The position numbers and the translations under genes are program-made. A DNA stretch of 14,678 nt from contig JBEKKX010000050.1 in assembly GCA_050010515.1 (NCBI GenBank), forward strand, positions 1 to 14,678, written 5' to 3'. The notes beneath the pieces were generated by a model that worked only from the letters and a program-made list of their open reading frames with translations, made no database searches and was not told the origin of the DNA. Numbering within the stretch: position 1 is the stretch's first letter; every line of letters begins with the position of its first letter. This document shows, in pieces, positions 6,011 to 14,559 of this stretch. The DNA is from Candidatus Bathyarchaeia archaeon. GTDB taxonomy: Archaea; Thermoproteota; Bathyarchaeia; Bathyarchaeales; Bathycorpusculaceae.

Positions 6011-6901
6011 ATGAGCAAACTCTCACGCTTAAGGAAGCAGGCACAAAAAATGGCTATAATTGAAACAAAAAACCTCACTTATACTTATCCAGGCGCATCT
6101 AAGCCCTCAATTATTGATGTGTCGATTAAAGTGGAGAAAGGCGAGTTTGTTTTAATTACTGGACCAAGCGGCTGCGGGAAAACAACTTTGTGCCGATGCT
6201 TCAACGGATTAATCCCGCATTTCTATCAAGGGGAATTAACGGGCGAAATCTCTGTTGCAGGCGAAGACACGCTTAAGCATCACACATATGAAATGGCAAA
6301 ACACGTGGGCTTAGTGTTTCAGAACCCAGAAAACCAGCTGTTCGCTCTGTCTGTCGAGAAAGACGTGGCGTTCGGGCTAGAAAACATTGGGGTCCCACGA
6401 GAGGAAATGAGAAAAAAAGTTGATTGGGCACTAAACCAAACAGGCATTTATGATTTGCGTGAACGGTCACCTCACGAGATTTCGGGAGGGCAGCAGCAAC
6501 GCGTGGCAATAGCGTCTGTCCTCGCTATGGAACCGGAAATTATCGTCTTAGATGAGCCAACATCTTTCCTTGACCCGTTAAGCGCTGAGAAAATTTTCGA
6601 AGTAATTTATGAATTAAACAAAAAGCAGGGAATAACCATCATCCTTGTGGAGCATAGACTGGACTTAACGGCAAAATACACAGACCACCTCATAGTTATG
6701 GATGAAGGAAAAGTCCGGTTCGAAGGAAACCCAAGAGAAATTCTCAGCACGGAAGAAACGCGTTTAATCGGAGTAGGAATCCCCAAAGCAACATTGCTGT
6801 ACCAAATGCTAAAAAAAGACGGCTTAAACCTCAGCGGCAATACCCCATTGTCTTCTGAAGAACTAGCTGACCAGCTGTTGGAGATGTTGAAAACCAAATG
6901 A
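6011..6901 (+). CDS. ecfA1: ECF transporter ATPase A (real start probably ATG at 6050, MAIIETKNL)
   Basis: Walker A GPSGCGKTT, VFQNPENQ Q-loop, ISGGQQQR, LDEPT, VEH. Confidence 0.95.
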   Translation: MSKLSRLRKQAQKMAIIETKNLTYTYPGASKPSIIDVSIKVEKGEFVLITGPSGCGKTTLCRCFNGLIPHFYQGELTGEISVAGEDTLKHHTYEMAKHVGLVFQNPENQLFALSVEKDVAFGLENIGVPREEMRKKVDWALNQTGIYDLRERSPHEISGGQQQRVAIASVLAMEPEIIVLDEPTSFLDPLSAEKIFEVIYELNKKQGITIILVEHRLDLTAKYTDHLIVMDEGKVRFEGNPREILSTEETRLIGVGIPKATLLYQMLKKDGLNLSGNTPLSSEELADQLLEMLKTK

Positions 6902-7725
6902 TTGTAGCTGAAAATGTTTACTTTTCGTATCCTAACAAAGTTGAAGCTTTGAAGGGTGTTTCCCTAACCATAAAAGACGGCGAATTCGTTGCGATAATGG
7001 GGCAAAACGGCGCTGGAAAATCAACATTTGTCAAGCATTTTAACGGACTCTTGAAACCCACTTTGGGAAAAGTATGTGTGGATGGTGTTGAAACAACTAA
7101 AACAAGCGTTGCAGCTTTAGCTAGAAATGTGGGTTTTGTTTTCCAGAACCCAGACCACCAATTATTCAGCGAAACAGTAGAAGATGAAATCGCTTTTGCC
7201 CTCAAAAATTTCGGATTCGAGCCAGAGGTCGTGGAAAAGCGGGTAACGTGGGCTTTGAATCTTTTAGCGTTAACCCAGTATAGGAAAACTTCACCTTTCC
7301 TTCTTAGCGGAGGCGAGCGGAAACGTGTCGCATTGGCTTCTGTTTTGGCTTGGGATCCGAAAGCTTTGATTTTGGATGAACCCACTATTGGGCAGGACCA
7401 TGAGCAAAAGGAGATACTGCGTCAGTTTATAATACAGATGCAAACTCAAGGGAAAACTGTCGTTATTGTCACGCATGATGTGGAGTTTGTGGCTGAATGC
7501 AATCCTAGAGTTGTTTTGATGAAGGAAGGAAAAATTGTTGCAGAAGGCATTGGAACAGAAATACTTACAAACCCCGATGTTTTAGCTGAATCATCGATTG
7601 TTTTGCCACAAATAGCTCAAATCTTCATGAAATTATCGCAGTTGGGGCTTCCGAAAAATATCATTGACATTTACGAAGCAGAAAAAATAATCTTGAACGC
7701 CAAGGAGAGCAGCCGAAGTAAATGA
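6898..7725 (+). CDS. ecfA2: ECF transporter ATPase A'
   Basis: GQNGAGKST, VFQNPDHQ, SPFLLSGGERKR, LDEPTIGQD, VTHD. ATGA overlap with the upstream gene. Confidence 0.95.
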   Translation: MIVAENVYFSYPNKVEALKGVSLTIKDGEFVAIMGQNGAGKSTFVKHFNGLLKPTLGKVCVDGVETTKTSVAALARNVGFVFQNPDHQLFSETVEDEIAFALKNFGFEPEVVEKRVTWALNLLALTQYRKTSPFLLSGGERKRVALASVLAWDPKALILDEPTIGQDHEQKEILRQFIIQMQTQGKTVVIVTHDVEFVAECNPRVVLMKEGKIVAEGIGTEILTNPDVLAESSIVLPQIAQIFMKLSQLGLPKNIIDIYEAEKIILNAKESSRSK

Positions 7726-8537
7726 GCGTTTTTGACGGCTTAAGGTTTAGGAAAGTTTACTCTCCAATCCACAATTTAGACCCCCGAGTAAAATTCGTTT
7801 ATGTTATTTCCATTTTTGTAGTCGCCATTCTTTTCTACCAAATTATTCCGTTGCTTTTTCTGTTTGTTTTGCAGATTCCATTTGTTTTGTTAGCACGTGT
7901 TCAAAGGCAGTGGCTTCGTTCTCTTCGAGGCGCCGCTTTCTTGGCAGTTTTCATTTTTGCAGTTAACGTTGGAACGGACTATTTTACTTCAGGCTACGCG
8001 CTGACGGCTGCTAACGTCGAGAGTGCAGCGGCGTTAACTCTGCGTTTTGTGGTGCTTATTGAGTCTTTTTCAGTTTTCTTTTTAACTACTTCGCCTGACC
8101 ATTTAGGCTTAGCATTGGAGGAATCCCGTGTGCCTTACGAGTTTGCTTTCGCCTTTACCACCGCAGTGCGTTTTGTTCCTGTTCTGGCGGAGGAAGCCCA
8201 AACAATAATGGATGCGCAGAAGGCCAGGGGATTGGAGTTGGAGAAGGGAGGCTTGCTTAAGAAGATACGGAATTATATACCCGTGCTTATCCCGTTGATT
8301 GTTAGTGCTATCCGACGAAGCCTTGAATTGGCAGAGGCAATGGAGTCCCGAGCTTGGGGAGCCACCAAGAAACGCACTAACCTATATGTGCTAAAACTTC
8401 ACAGAGGAGATTATGCTCTGCTGGCAATCACCGTCGGAATCCTAGTCGGAGCGGTTTATGTCCACTTTTATGTGCCGATTCCAACAATAGTCCACCTACT
8501 GCAACACAAAAGTCTACTAATACTGTCGAAATTTTAA
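7722..8537 (+). CDS. ecfT: ECF transporter transmembrane T component
   Basis: SPIHNLDPRVK, RFVPVL, AQKARG and AMESRA (the two conserved Arg motifs), with multiple TM helices. Confidence 0.95.
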   Translation: MSVFDGLRFRKVYSPIHNLDPRVKFVYVISIFVVAILFYQIIPLLFLFVLQIPFVLLARVQRQWLRSLRGAAFLAVFIFAVNVGTDYFTSGYALTAANVESAAALTLRFVVLIESFSVFFLTTSPDHLGLALEESRVPYEFAFAFTTAVRFVPVLAEEAQTIMDAQKARGLELEKGGLLKKIRNYIPVLIPLIVSAIRRSLELAEAMESRAWGATKKRTNLYVLKLHRGDYALLAITVGILVGAVYVHFYVPIPTIVHLLQHKSLLILSKF

Positions 8538-8701
8538 ACAGTCAGCATTAACTTAAACGGCCTATTTTACGCAAAAGTGGATGTCATATGGTTTCTGAAG
8601 CCTATCGAAAAGCACTGCCATAATCGACGATTGAAAGTACATCTTTTTAAAATAGAAAACAATATGACAATTAACCTAAAAAAATTTAGATAGGGATTTG
8701 G

Positions 8702-9583
8702 ATGACTGAGCATACTCGTTTTGGTCCAGCAGGAGTTCCACCAATGTTCAGACTTATGGGAGCAAAGACGCCTGATGTTCCAAAACTGCTACGTGAGGAA
8801 GGTCTGGACGCTTTCGAGTACCAAGCCGTCCAATGGGGTCAAAAGCCGCAGATGAAACAGGTGGATGCTGAAAAGCTCGGTGAGGAAGCAAGAAAAAACG
8901 ATGTTAGGCTCAGTATGCACGGCTCGTATTATGTGAATTTGTCGGGTAAACGGGATGTTGTGGAAGCAAGTAAACGGCGCCTTATTGCATGCGCAACCGC
9001 AGCTGACTGGATGGGAGCGTACGTTATGGTTTTTCATACCGGGTTTTATGGGCGCTTTGAGAAAGACTTTGCCTTCAAAACATGCCTTGATGCCTTAAAG
9101 GAGCTTAGCGCCGAAATGAAGAGCCTTAGCCTGCGGGTGAAGCTTGGCCCTGAAACTATGGGGAGAAAGTTCCAGGTAGGCACCATAGACGAAATCCTAA
9201 CCATCTGCCAAGAAGTGGAAGGCACACAGCTTGTTATTGATTGGGGACACCTGCATGCACTACATCAAGGAACCCTAAAGAAAACTGAAGATTTCAGGGC
9301 AATCGCTGAAAAAGTCGAACAGAAACTTGGAACAGAAGCCCTAAAAAGCATGCACTGCCACTTCTCAAAAATCGAGTTCACAGCCCAAGGCGAAAAACGC
9401 CACCACACACTAGACGAAGAAAGGTATGGGCCAGACTTCCGCATGCTAGCCGAAGTAATCGCCGACTTTCAGATGCACCCGACAATGATATGCGAATCAC
9501 CAATCCTAGACATAGATGCAAGAAAAATGCAGGACATCTTGAAGCAAGTTCTGGAAAGCAAGCAATCAAAAGTTGCACCATAA
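8702..9583 (+). CDS. nfo: Endonuclease IV (AP endonuclease 2 family, TIM barrel)
   Basis: RFGPAG, HGSYYVNL, FHTGFY, PETMG, IDWGHLHA, HCHFS, RHH and ICESP metal-binding motifs of archaeal Nfo. Confidence 0.9.
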   Translation: MTEHTRFGPAGVPPMFRLMGAKTPDVPKLLREEGLDAFEYQAVQWGQKPQMKQVDAEKLGEEARKNDVRLSMHGSYYVNLSGKRDVVEASKRRLIACATAADWMGAYVMVFHTGFYGRFEKDFAFKTCLDALKELSAEMKSLSLRVKLGPETMGRKFQVGTIDEILTICQEVEGTQLVIDWGHLHALHQGTLKKTEDFRAIAEKVEQKLGTEALKSMHCHFSKIEFTAQGEKRHHTLDEERYGPDFRMLAEVIADFQMHPTMICESPILDIDARKMQDILKQVLESKQSKVAP

Positions 9584-9645
9584 AAGAAACTGTCGTCTTC
9601 AAAAATGAGCAAAAAGCCCAGATACTCCAAACATATTTTCTTATT

Positions 9646-10254
9646 TTATTTAGATAGCAAACACTCGGCTAGGTGCAGTTCCTGTATTGTGTTGATGTTC
9701 ACGGCTAATTCGTCTAGGTTGAGCAGGTAGATGTCTTGGTCGAGCCATTCGTCGCCGTACCGTTTACGTCCATCGATAACGTTGATTCCGACTGGAACTA
9801 CGTCTTTGTCGTCCATTTTGAAGGAATATTCTACGCTCATGCCAAGCTTGGTTTTGGTTTCAAGCAAAACAGCAACAGTCAACGCTGGCTTGCCGCAGTG
9901 CTCGTAACGTTCAACAATTGCATCCAACGCTTCGCCTGTGACTAGTGGAAGGTCTGCTGCGATGGCTAAGAAAACTCCTAATTTGAGGTTTTGTGCGGCG
10001 TAACCCATGTCAGAAACATAATCCTTCCCAGGGGTTTCAACCACTTTAACGGGAAACTGACTCATGAACTTCGCAGTTTTAGGCGTGCAACTGCTGACAG
10101 CGACAACGACGGAATCGATTTTTTTAGAGCTTTTCAACGCCTCCAGCACGTACTCAATGACTGGTTTGCCACAAACTTTAATCAACGGCTTTTCTTGTGC
10201 GATTCGCATGCGGGTTCCTTTTCCGCCAGCCATAACAAGCGCGGTTATGCCCAT
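9646..10254 (-). CDS. cobY: Adenosylcobinamide-phosphate guanylyltransferase (MobA-like NTP transferase)
   Basis: MAGGKGTRM...EKPL, GKDYVSD, ADLPL, GINVI, NINT. Overlaps the cobS stop. Confidence 0.9.
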   Translation of the reverse strand: MGITALVMAGGKGTRMRIAQEKPLIKVCGKPVIEYVLEALKSSKKIDSVVVAVSSCTPKTAKFMSQFPVKVVETPGKDYVSDMGYAAQNLKLGVFLAIAADLPLVTGEALDAIVERYEHCGKPALTVAVLLETKTKLGMSVEYSFKMDDKDVVPVGINVIDGRKRYGDEWLDQDIYLLNLDELAVNINTIQELHLAECLLSK

Positions 10255-11000
10255 GCAACCACCGCCAACAAAACAATCACGCAGACCATTCGGGTTATCT
10301 CGTTAGTTGCTCCGAACACGTCGCCTGTAACGCCGTTGAAATGTTTATGCGCAATGGCAACCATGACAAAGCTAGTAATTACGGCTGCTAGCACGATGAA
10401 AGCGCCTGCCCAATGCAGCAGAGGCAAAGCTACCGCAAAAGAAATTATCACTGCAACAATCAGTCGCAAGTTGCCTTTACTTCCATGCATGGCTTCTAGA
10501 AAGGGTGAGTTCATGCCTTGGTGGACTGATTTTCCAGCCCACGCCATAATAACCATGGCAAGTTTAGCTGAAGCTTCAACAACGATGATGCCGCTGATTA
10601 TTAAGCCAATTTTGAGCTGGCCGATGGCTAAGGCTGTAATCAGCATAGTCATGATGCCTATGGATAAGCCGCCTGCGCCTGTTAACTGGTCATGCATGAC
10701 CTCAATTTTATGTTCAGCTGTGCCGTGAGCCATGACTCCGTCGCCGAAGTCTAATAGGCCGTCTGTGTGATGAAGCCCAGTAATCAGCAGCAACAAAGCT
10801 AAAACTAAGCCGCCCACTACTATGCCAGGCAAAAAGTGGTAAGCTACCCAGCCGAACACTCCAGCTAATAAACCGATAAATGCTCCTATTAATGGGAAAA
10901 CCCACATGTTTTTGGCGCAGTCAGTGAGCATGTCTTTGTCCATTGTCACTGGAAAAATTGTGAGGAAAGAAAAAAGGTTCTTTAACTCTTTAATAACCAT
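10245..11000 (-). CDS. cobS: Cobalamin (5'-phosphate) synthase
   Basis: FLTIFP, FPLIG, TGLHHTDGLLDFGDG, MHDQLTGAGG, GVTGDVFGATNE. Polytopic membrane protein. Confidence 0.96.
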   Translation of the reverse strand: MVIKELKNLFSFLTIFPVTMDKDMLTDCAKNMWVFPLIGAFIGLLAGVFGWVAYHFLPGIVVGGLVLALLLLITGLHHTDGLLDFGDGVMAHGTAEHKIEVMHDQLTGAGGLSIGIMTMLITALAIGQLKIGLIISGIIVVEASAKLAMVIMAWAGKSVHQGMNSPFLEAMHGSKGNLRLIVAVIISFAVALPLLHWAGAFIVLAAVITSFVMVAIAHKHFNGVTGDVFGATNEITRMVCVIVLLAVVAWA

Positions 11001-11001
11001 C

Positions 11002-12102
11002 TCACTTCAAACCCATCAGCAGAGCATAATTACGCTCTATCTCTTTAAGCAATAAATCTTTTGTTACTGCACCACCAAGCTTAGCCATAGCCGCTATAGA
11101 AGCGCCGCCTGCACCGACGCCTTCCTTCACAATGCCAGTTTCATAAGCCTGTAAACCAGGGAAACGTGAGGAGCCAAAGTTTAAGTCGGCAGCTAAAATT
11201 GGCACGTTACAAAACTGCGTAACTATGCCTTTTAGGTCAGATGACTTGTCTTTTACAACCCATCTTGTTGTGCCCACAGCCACGTTACAGAGAACGTCAG
11301 AGTTCAATGCGTTCACTATGGCTAAGACAGCGCTCATTTGTGTTCCGCCAGCCATCAGCACGGGCACCTGCGATGCTGCGCCAATCACCAGTCCTGAGAA
11401 AGCAGCCATCATAGGGTCGCCAACGCAGGAAATAGCCCTAGCGGGATTGTTTGCTAAACTGCCAAAACTTTCGCCTGCAGCCGCTAAACCTGCCTTAACC
11501 GTTTGCGCTTTCAAGCTGTGTGGGTTTTCAGGCAAGGTGCTGCTTACTTTTCCTTCAGCTTTAACGCCTAAAGCTGATAATACGCCAAGAGCTGTTGTTG
11601 TTCCGCCAGGAATACTCTCGCCAATCACAAGATAATCAACAGCCTTAGCCAAGTGCTGTCCAGCAATTTTAGCTCTCTCAATAACCTCTGCAACGTTATC
11701 AACTGCGTTGCCACTTCGGATGTCTCTTCCTGGGCTTCCGCCAAGGTCTAAAAAGGGAATTTGCGGTTTTACTTTTAATCCGCCACTGGCAATCAACACT
11801 GGAATATCAGCTAAGCGTAGAGCCGACATAGTTATCAATGCTGGCGTCGGAATCCCATCAGGAGTTACAGGCACACCGGCAATAGATTTGCATTTGCCTA
11901 GCAATAGCAGTTCAGCGTCCGCTGGCGGGGTGTAATCGGTAAATTCGGGGTGTTTTCCTGCCGCGGAGATTCCGGGGATTTTGCCGGTTTCCGTTGTAGC
12001 TATTGTGCAGATGAAAAGGGGGTTTTTGCCTTCGATTTCGTCAAGGAATGCTTTGGCTTTTAACGGGTTGTGTGCTACTATTACATCGAGTGTCTTGTCC
12101 AT
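11002..12102 (-). CDS. cobT: Archaeal-type nicotinate-nucleotide:base phosphoribosyltransferase (TIGR00303-like)
   Basis: TETGKIPGISAAG, YTPPADAE, PTPALIT, GESIPGGTTTA, GDPM, AGGTQM, YETGIVKEGVGAGG. Confidence 0.92.
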   Translation of the reverse strand: MDKTLDVIVAHNPLKAKAFLDEIEGKNPLFICTIATTETGKIPGISAAGKHPEFTDYTPPADAELLLLGKCKSIAGVPVTPDGIPTPALITMSALRLADIPVLIASGGLKVKPQIPFLDLGGSPGRDIRSGNAVDNVAEVIERAKIAGQHLAKAVDYLVIGESIPGGTTTALGVLSALGVKAEGKVSSTLPENPHSLKAQTVKAGLAAAGESFGSLANNPARAISCVGDPMMAAFSGLVIGAASQVPVLMAGGTQMSAVLAIVNALNSDVLCNVAVGTTRWVVKDKSSDLKGIVTQFCNVPILAADLNFGSSRFPGLQAYETGIVKEGVGAGGASIAAMAKLGGAVTKDLLLKEIERNYALLMGLK

Positions 12103-12111
12103 TTTCGAGTT

Positions 12112-12789
12112 TTACCTTGCCTTCGGCTTGACTTCGAACCGTTTGATTTCTAAGTATCCGAAGCCGCCGTCAAGCTTATGTTTTTGTGTTTCTAGAATTT
12201 CAATTTTGTTCTTGAATGTTGGTCCATCCGTCACAACGGTGTGGTATTCGCCGCCTTCGCCGCAAGCGTCAACGTTGCCAAGCTTAAGGATGTCGTCGTA
12301 GAATTTTTTGTCTAGTTGTCTTCCGAGCCACTCCATGCCTAACAATTCCAGTTTGGTGCGCACTACGGTTGCTTTGAAACCTGTTTTTAAGTAGTCAAGA
12401 TAAATCTGCTTTGTGTCACCCAGCCAGAGGGGTTTGACTGGTTTTAAACCGACTTCTTTGAGCACTCGACCAAGCCAGCCTTGTTCATGCCCCGCTACTT
12501 CGTAGATGTCTCCTGTAACTAAGCCTTCAACGCCTTTAGCTTTGAGCCGTTGCAGTGCGCCTTTGAAATCATTCTCGTAGGTTTCAGGCGTAGCCTTCTG
12601 TTTTACCAATGGAATTCCAATGGCGTCCGATTGCGCATCAAGTATGCCTGATGGTATCATGTGGAAGTTTGATTTGGTTTCACTCATCATCATGGTTAAT
12701 ATGTTGACTACTTCGTAGCCTTGTTGGGTTGCCAAATAGTATGCGTAGCAGCTGTCTTTTCCGCCGCTCCATGAAGCAACAACTTTCAT
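12112..12789 (-). CDS. DUF71/COG2102 PP-loop ATP pyrophosphatase (diphthine-ammonia ligase family)
   Basis: SWSGGKDS PP-loop, FH, VTGDI, PLW, DACGEGGEYHTVVTDGP. First gene of the cob operon, with a GGAG RBS. Confidence 0.9.
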   Translation of the reverse strand: MKVVASWSGGKDSCYAYYLATQQGYEVVNILTMMMSETKSNFHMIPSGILDAQSDAIGIPLVKQKATPETYENDFKGALQRLKAKGVEGLVTGDIYEVAGHEQGWLGRVLKEVGLKPVKPLWLGDTKQIYLDYLKTGFKATVVRTKLELLGMEWLGRQLDKKFYDDILKLGNVDACGEGGEYHTVVTDGPTFKNKIEILETQKHKLDGGFGYLEIKRFEVKPKAR

Positions 12790-13031
12790 TTTGATTTTAC
12801 TCTCCCTAAGTTACTTCACCCTCAACCGTTATTTTCTGTGCAGGTTTTAGGTGAACATGAAATGCTTGACTTTCCAATAATTTGGGTTGGTTAAACCCAG
12901 AAACATGTGACCAAAAGAACACATTTTTACCCTTCAAACATTCAGATAATTTGCCGTTTGATAAAAGGTTGAGCGAAACAGCGGTTTTTTTCTTGAAGTT
13001 TAGCAAATTATCACGCTTATGTTTGGTTGGT

Positions 13032-13195
13032 TTATCCGACCTTTTCATATTAATGTGTCGTTATAGCGTAACATAAGACACATGATTGCAGAGTACCTGA
13101 TTGGACACACCATAGACAAGCTTGGCTACGATAAATCGCCTCAAGTTTACCCGGATCACTTCAAATTTGAATATGCGAAGGTTGAACTTCTATAG
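13032..13195 (+). pseudogene. Frameshifted C-terminal remnant of a tyrosine recombinase/integrase
   Basis: LSDLFILMCRYS (13032-13067) then, after a 1-nt shift, NIRHMIAEYLIGHTIDKLGYDKSPQVYPDHFKFEYAKVELL* (13070-13195). This is box II ExxxGH plus the catalytic Tyr region. The HxLR motif has decayed and there is no upstream core. Confidence 0.7.
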
Positions 13196-13258
13196 GCTTT
13201 ATGAGAATTAAAGCATATACTTTGAAATTATGTTTTAAGTATTGTCAAAATTTCATAC

Positions 13259-13489
13259 TTAGTCCTTGTTGGTTAGATTTGTATCCTCTACAGCTCCAAC
13301 TAAAGCCTCAAAGAGAACATTAACCACGTTAATTATTTTACTTTTGTCTTCAAACAAATATGCTTCTTGCGAAAGTGGCAATTCATAACCAAATTTTGCT
13401 TCAATTCTTTTCCTGATTATTTGCTTGTAAGCTTCTATGCGTATGTTCTTAGATTTTAATTGGTTTAAGATGTCGTTATTTTCACTCAT
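13259..13489 (-). CDS. Small hypothetical protein
   Basis: 76-aa ORF with a GAGGTG RBS just upstream of the ATG and TATA-like AT-rich sequence further upstream. Confidence 0.7.
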   Translation of the reverse strand: MSENNDILNQLKSKNIRIEAYKQIIRKRIEAKFGYELPLSQEAYLFEDKSKIINVVNVLFEALVGAVEDTNLTNKD

Positions 13490-13589
13490 TTTTTCACCTC
13501 AAGCCATAATCAGATCAGTAAGTATTATAATTTTATATTTATTATAAAGTATGTTTTTCAACTATTTTCAGGCTAGCACGCACAAATCG

Positions 13590-14243
13590 TTAAGCCTCCA
13601 AAGCGGGTGAACCCGTTGGAGTAATTTTTGATTCGAAGTCTTTGACGTTGGTGAGCAGTCCTTTTGTTCCAATGCTTAATTGCAATTCACCTCTGAAGAG
13701 AGATGCTTGCGCGTTCTCAATTCGAACTGTATCCCCCACTAAGACAGAACCTATTTGTTCATCCCACAAACAAAGTCTGATGGTTCCCGTTTCATCCCAT
13801 ATCAAAGCTTTAGCCACGCTTGCATATTTGCCATATCTAGTAACAACACGCGTTGGTTTTGCAACCTCCAAGATTTTAGCCTTCAAACTAACGTGGATTA
13901 TCCCAGACCGCACATCTCTGATTGAGCTACCCTGTACCTTACGCCTCTTCCTAGAAAGATATCTAAGAATCTTGTCGGTTTCCAAGAATTTTCCGAGCGG
14001 ATTATCTCTCTCCAATAGAAATTCTTCAGGGACCTTAAATTGTGCAAGAACCCCGGCGTCGTTGGTTATCAAAAAGATTTTTTTTGCTTTTATCTCACCG
14101 CGGCACTCGATTGAAATCGGGTCGCAATTGGATTTCTTGTTTTCTACAGCTTTGACCAGTGCGCTAAAAAACTTTTCAGGGTCAACTTCAAACTTCACTG
14201 AAAGAAAAGCAAGATATGGCCCGATTGACCGTTTATGTCTCAA
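13590..14243 (-). CDS. OB-fold ssDNA/RNA-binding protein (RPA/SSB-like C-terminal OB fold with an unassigned N-terminal domain)
   Basis: C-terminal IRDVRSG...VSLKAKILEV...VAKALIWDETGTIRLCLWDEQI...GDTVRIENA...FRGELQLSIG is the archaeal SSB/RPA OB signature. TTG start. Confidence 0.88.
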   Translation of the reverse strand: MRHKRSIGPYLAFLSVKFEVDPEKFFSALVKAVENKKSNCDPISIECRGEIKAKKIFLITNDAGVLAQFKVPEEFLLERDNPLGKFLETDKILRYLSRKRRKVQGSSIRDVRSGIIHVSLKAKILEVAKPTRVVTRYGKYASVAKALIWDETGTIRLCLWDEQIGSVLVGDTVRIENAQASLFRGELQLSIGTKGLLTNVKDFESKITPTGSPALEA

Positions 14244-14283
14244 GGTTCTTCATCCTTTTCACTTTTCATAATGCAAGATAATT

Positions 14284-14550
14284 ATGCTCTCTCAACCAGT
14301 CTGACTGGTTTCGTCTATACGGCCAAGCGATTTCGTCTTGCTCGTCTGTCGGAGAGCATTCAGGTTTTGGCTCCAGCCAAGCAAGAGGCTAGGATGGCAA
14401 AGAACGCTCGAACCGTATTTGAGGCAAATGAAGTGACGCGTCTAATCAGAGAAAGCGACGTTGTCTTGGTTCTGCAACGGGATTTTCAATCGGACGGCAG
14501 AAGACCAAAACGTGTCGCGCCTTCATGTTTGCTTAGCGCGCGTGTTTCGC
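14284..14550 (-). ncRNA. Candidate structured RNA in the albA to OB-fold intergenic region
   Basis: Several nested complementary segments (see findings). G-U wobble pairs favour the minus strand. The region is visibly GC-richer than the other intergenic regions. Confidence 0.55.
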
Positions 14551-14559
14551 AAGGTATTC

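Noticed and set aside
6273-12301. Numerous antisense ORFs (e.g. 6918-7385, 9991-10728, 11225-11635), plus 1742-1954, 2070-2300 and 13642-14271
   Set aside because: Shadow frames lying opposite well-supported genes.
12790-13030. Cobalamin riboswitch upstream of the cob operon
   Set aside because: No GGGAA / GCCACTG / B12-box elements on the minus strand. I see only a small TGGGTT/AACCCA hairpin and a TATA-like CTTTTAT near 12965.
12806-13076. ORFs 12806-13048 (-) and 12882-13076 (+)
   Set aside because: Mutually overlapping with no motifs. Only the last codons of the plus-strand ORF look like integrase debris.
14284-14550. SRP RNA, RNase P RNA or hammerhead ribozyme
   Set aside because: No SRP helix-8 CAGG..GGAA..AGCA and no RNase P GAGGAAAGUCC on either strand. 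CAGACGA...CGAAAC lacks the CUGANGA core and stem II pairing.
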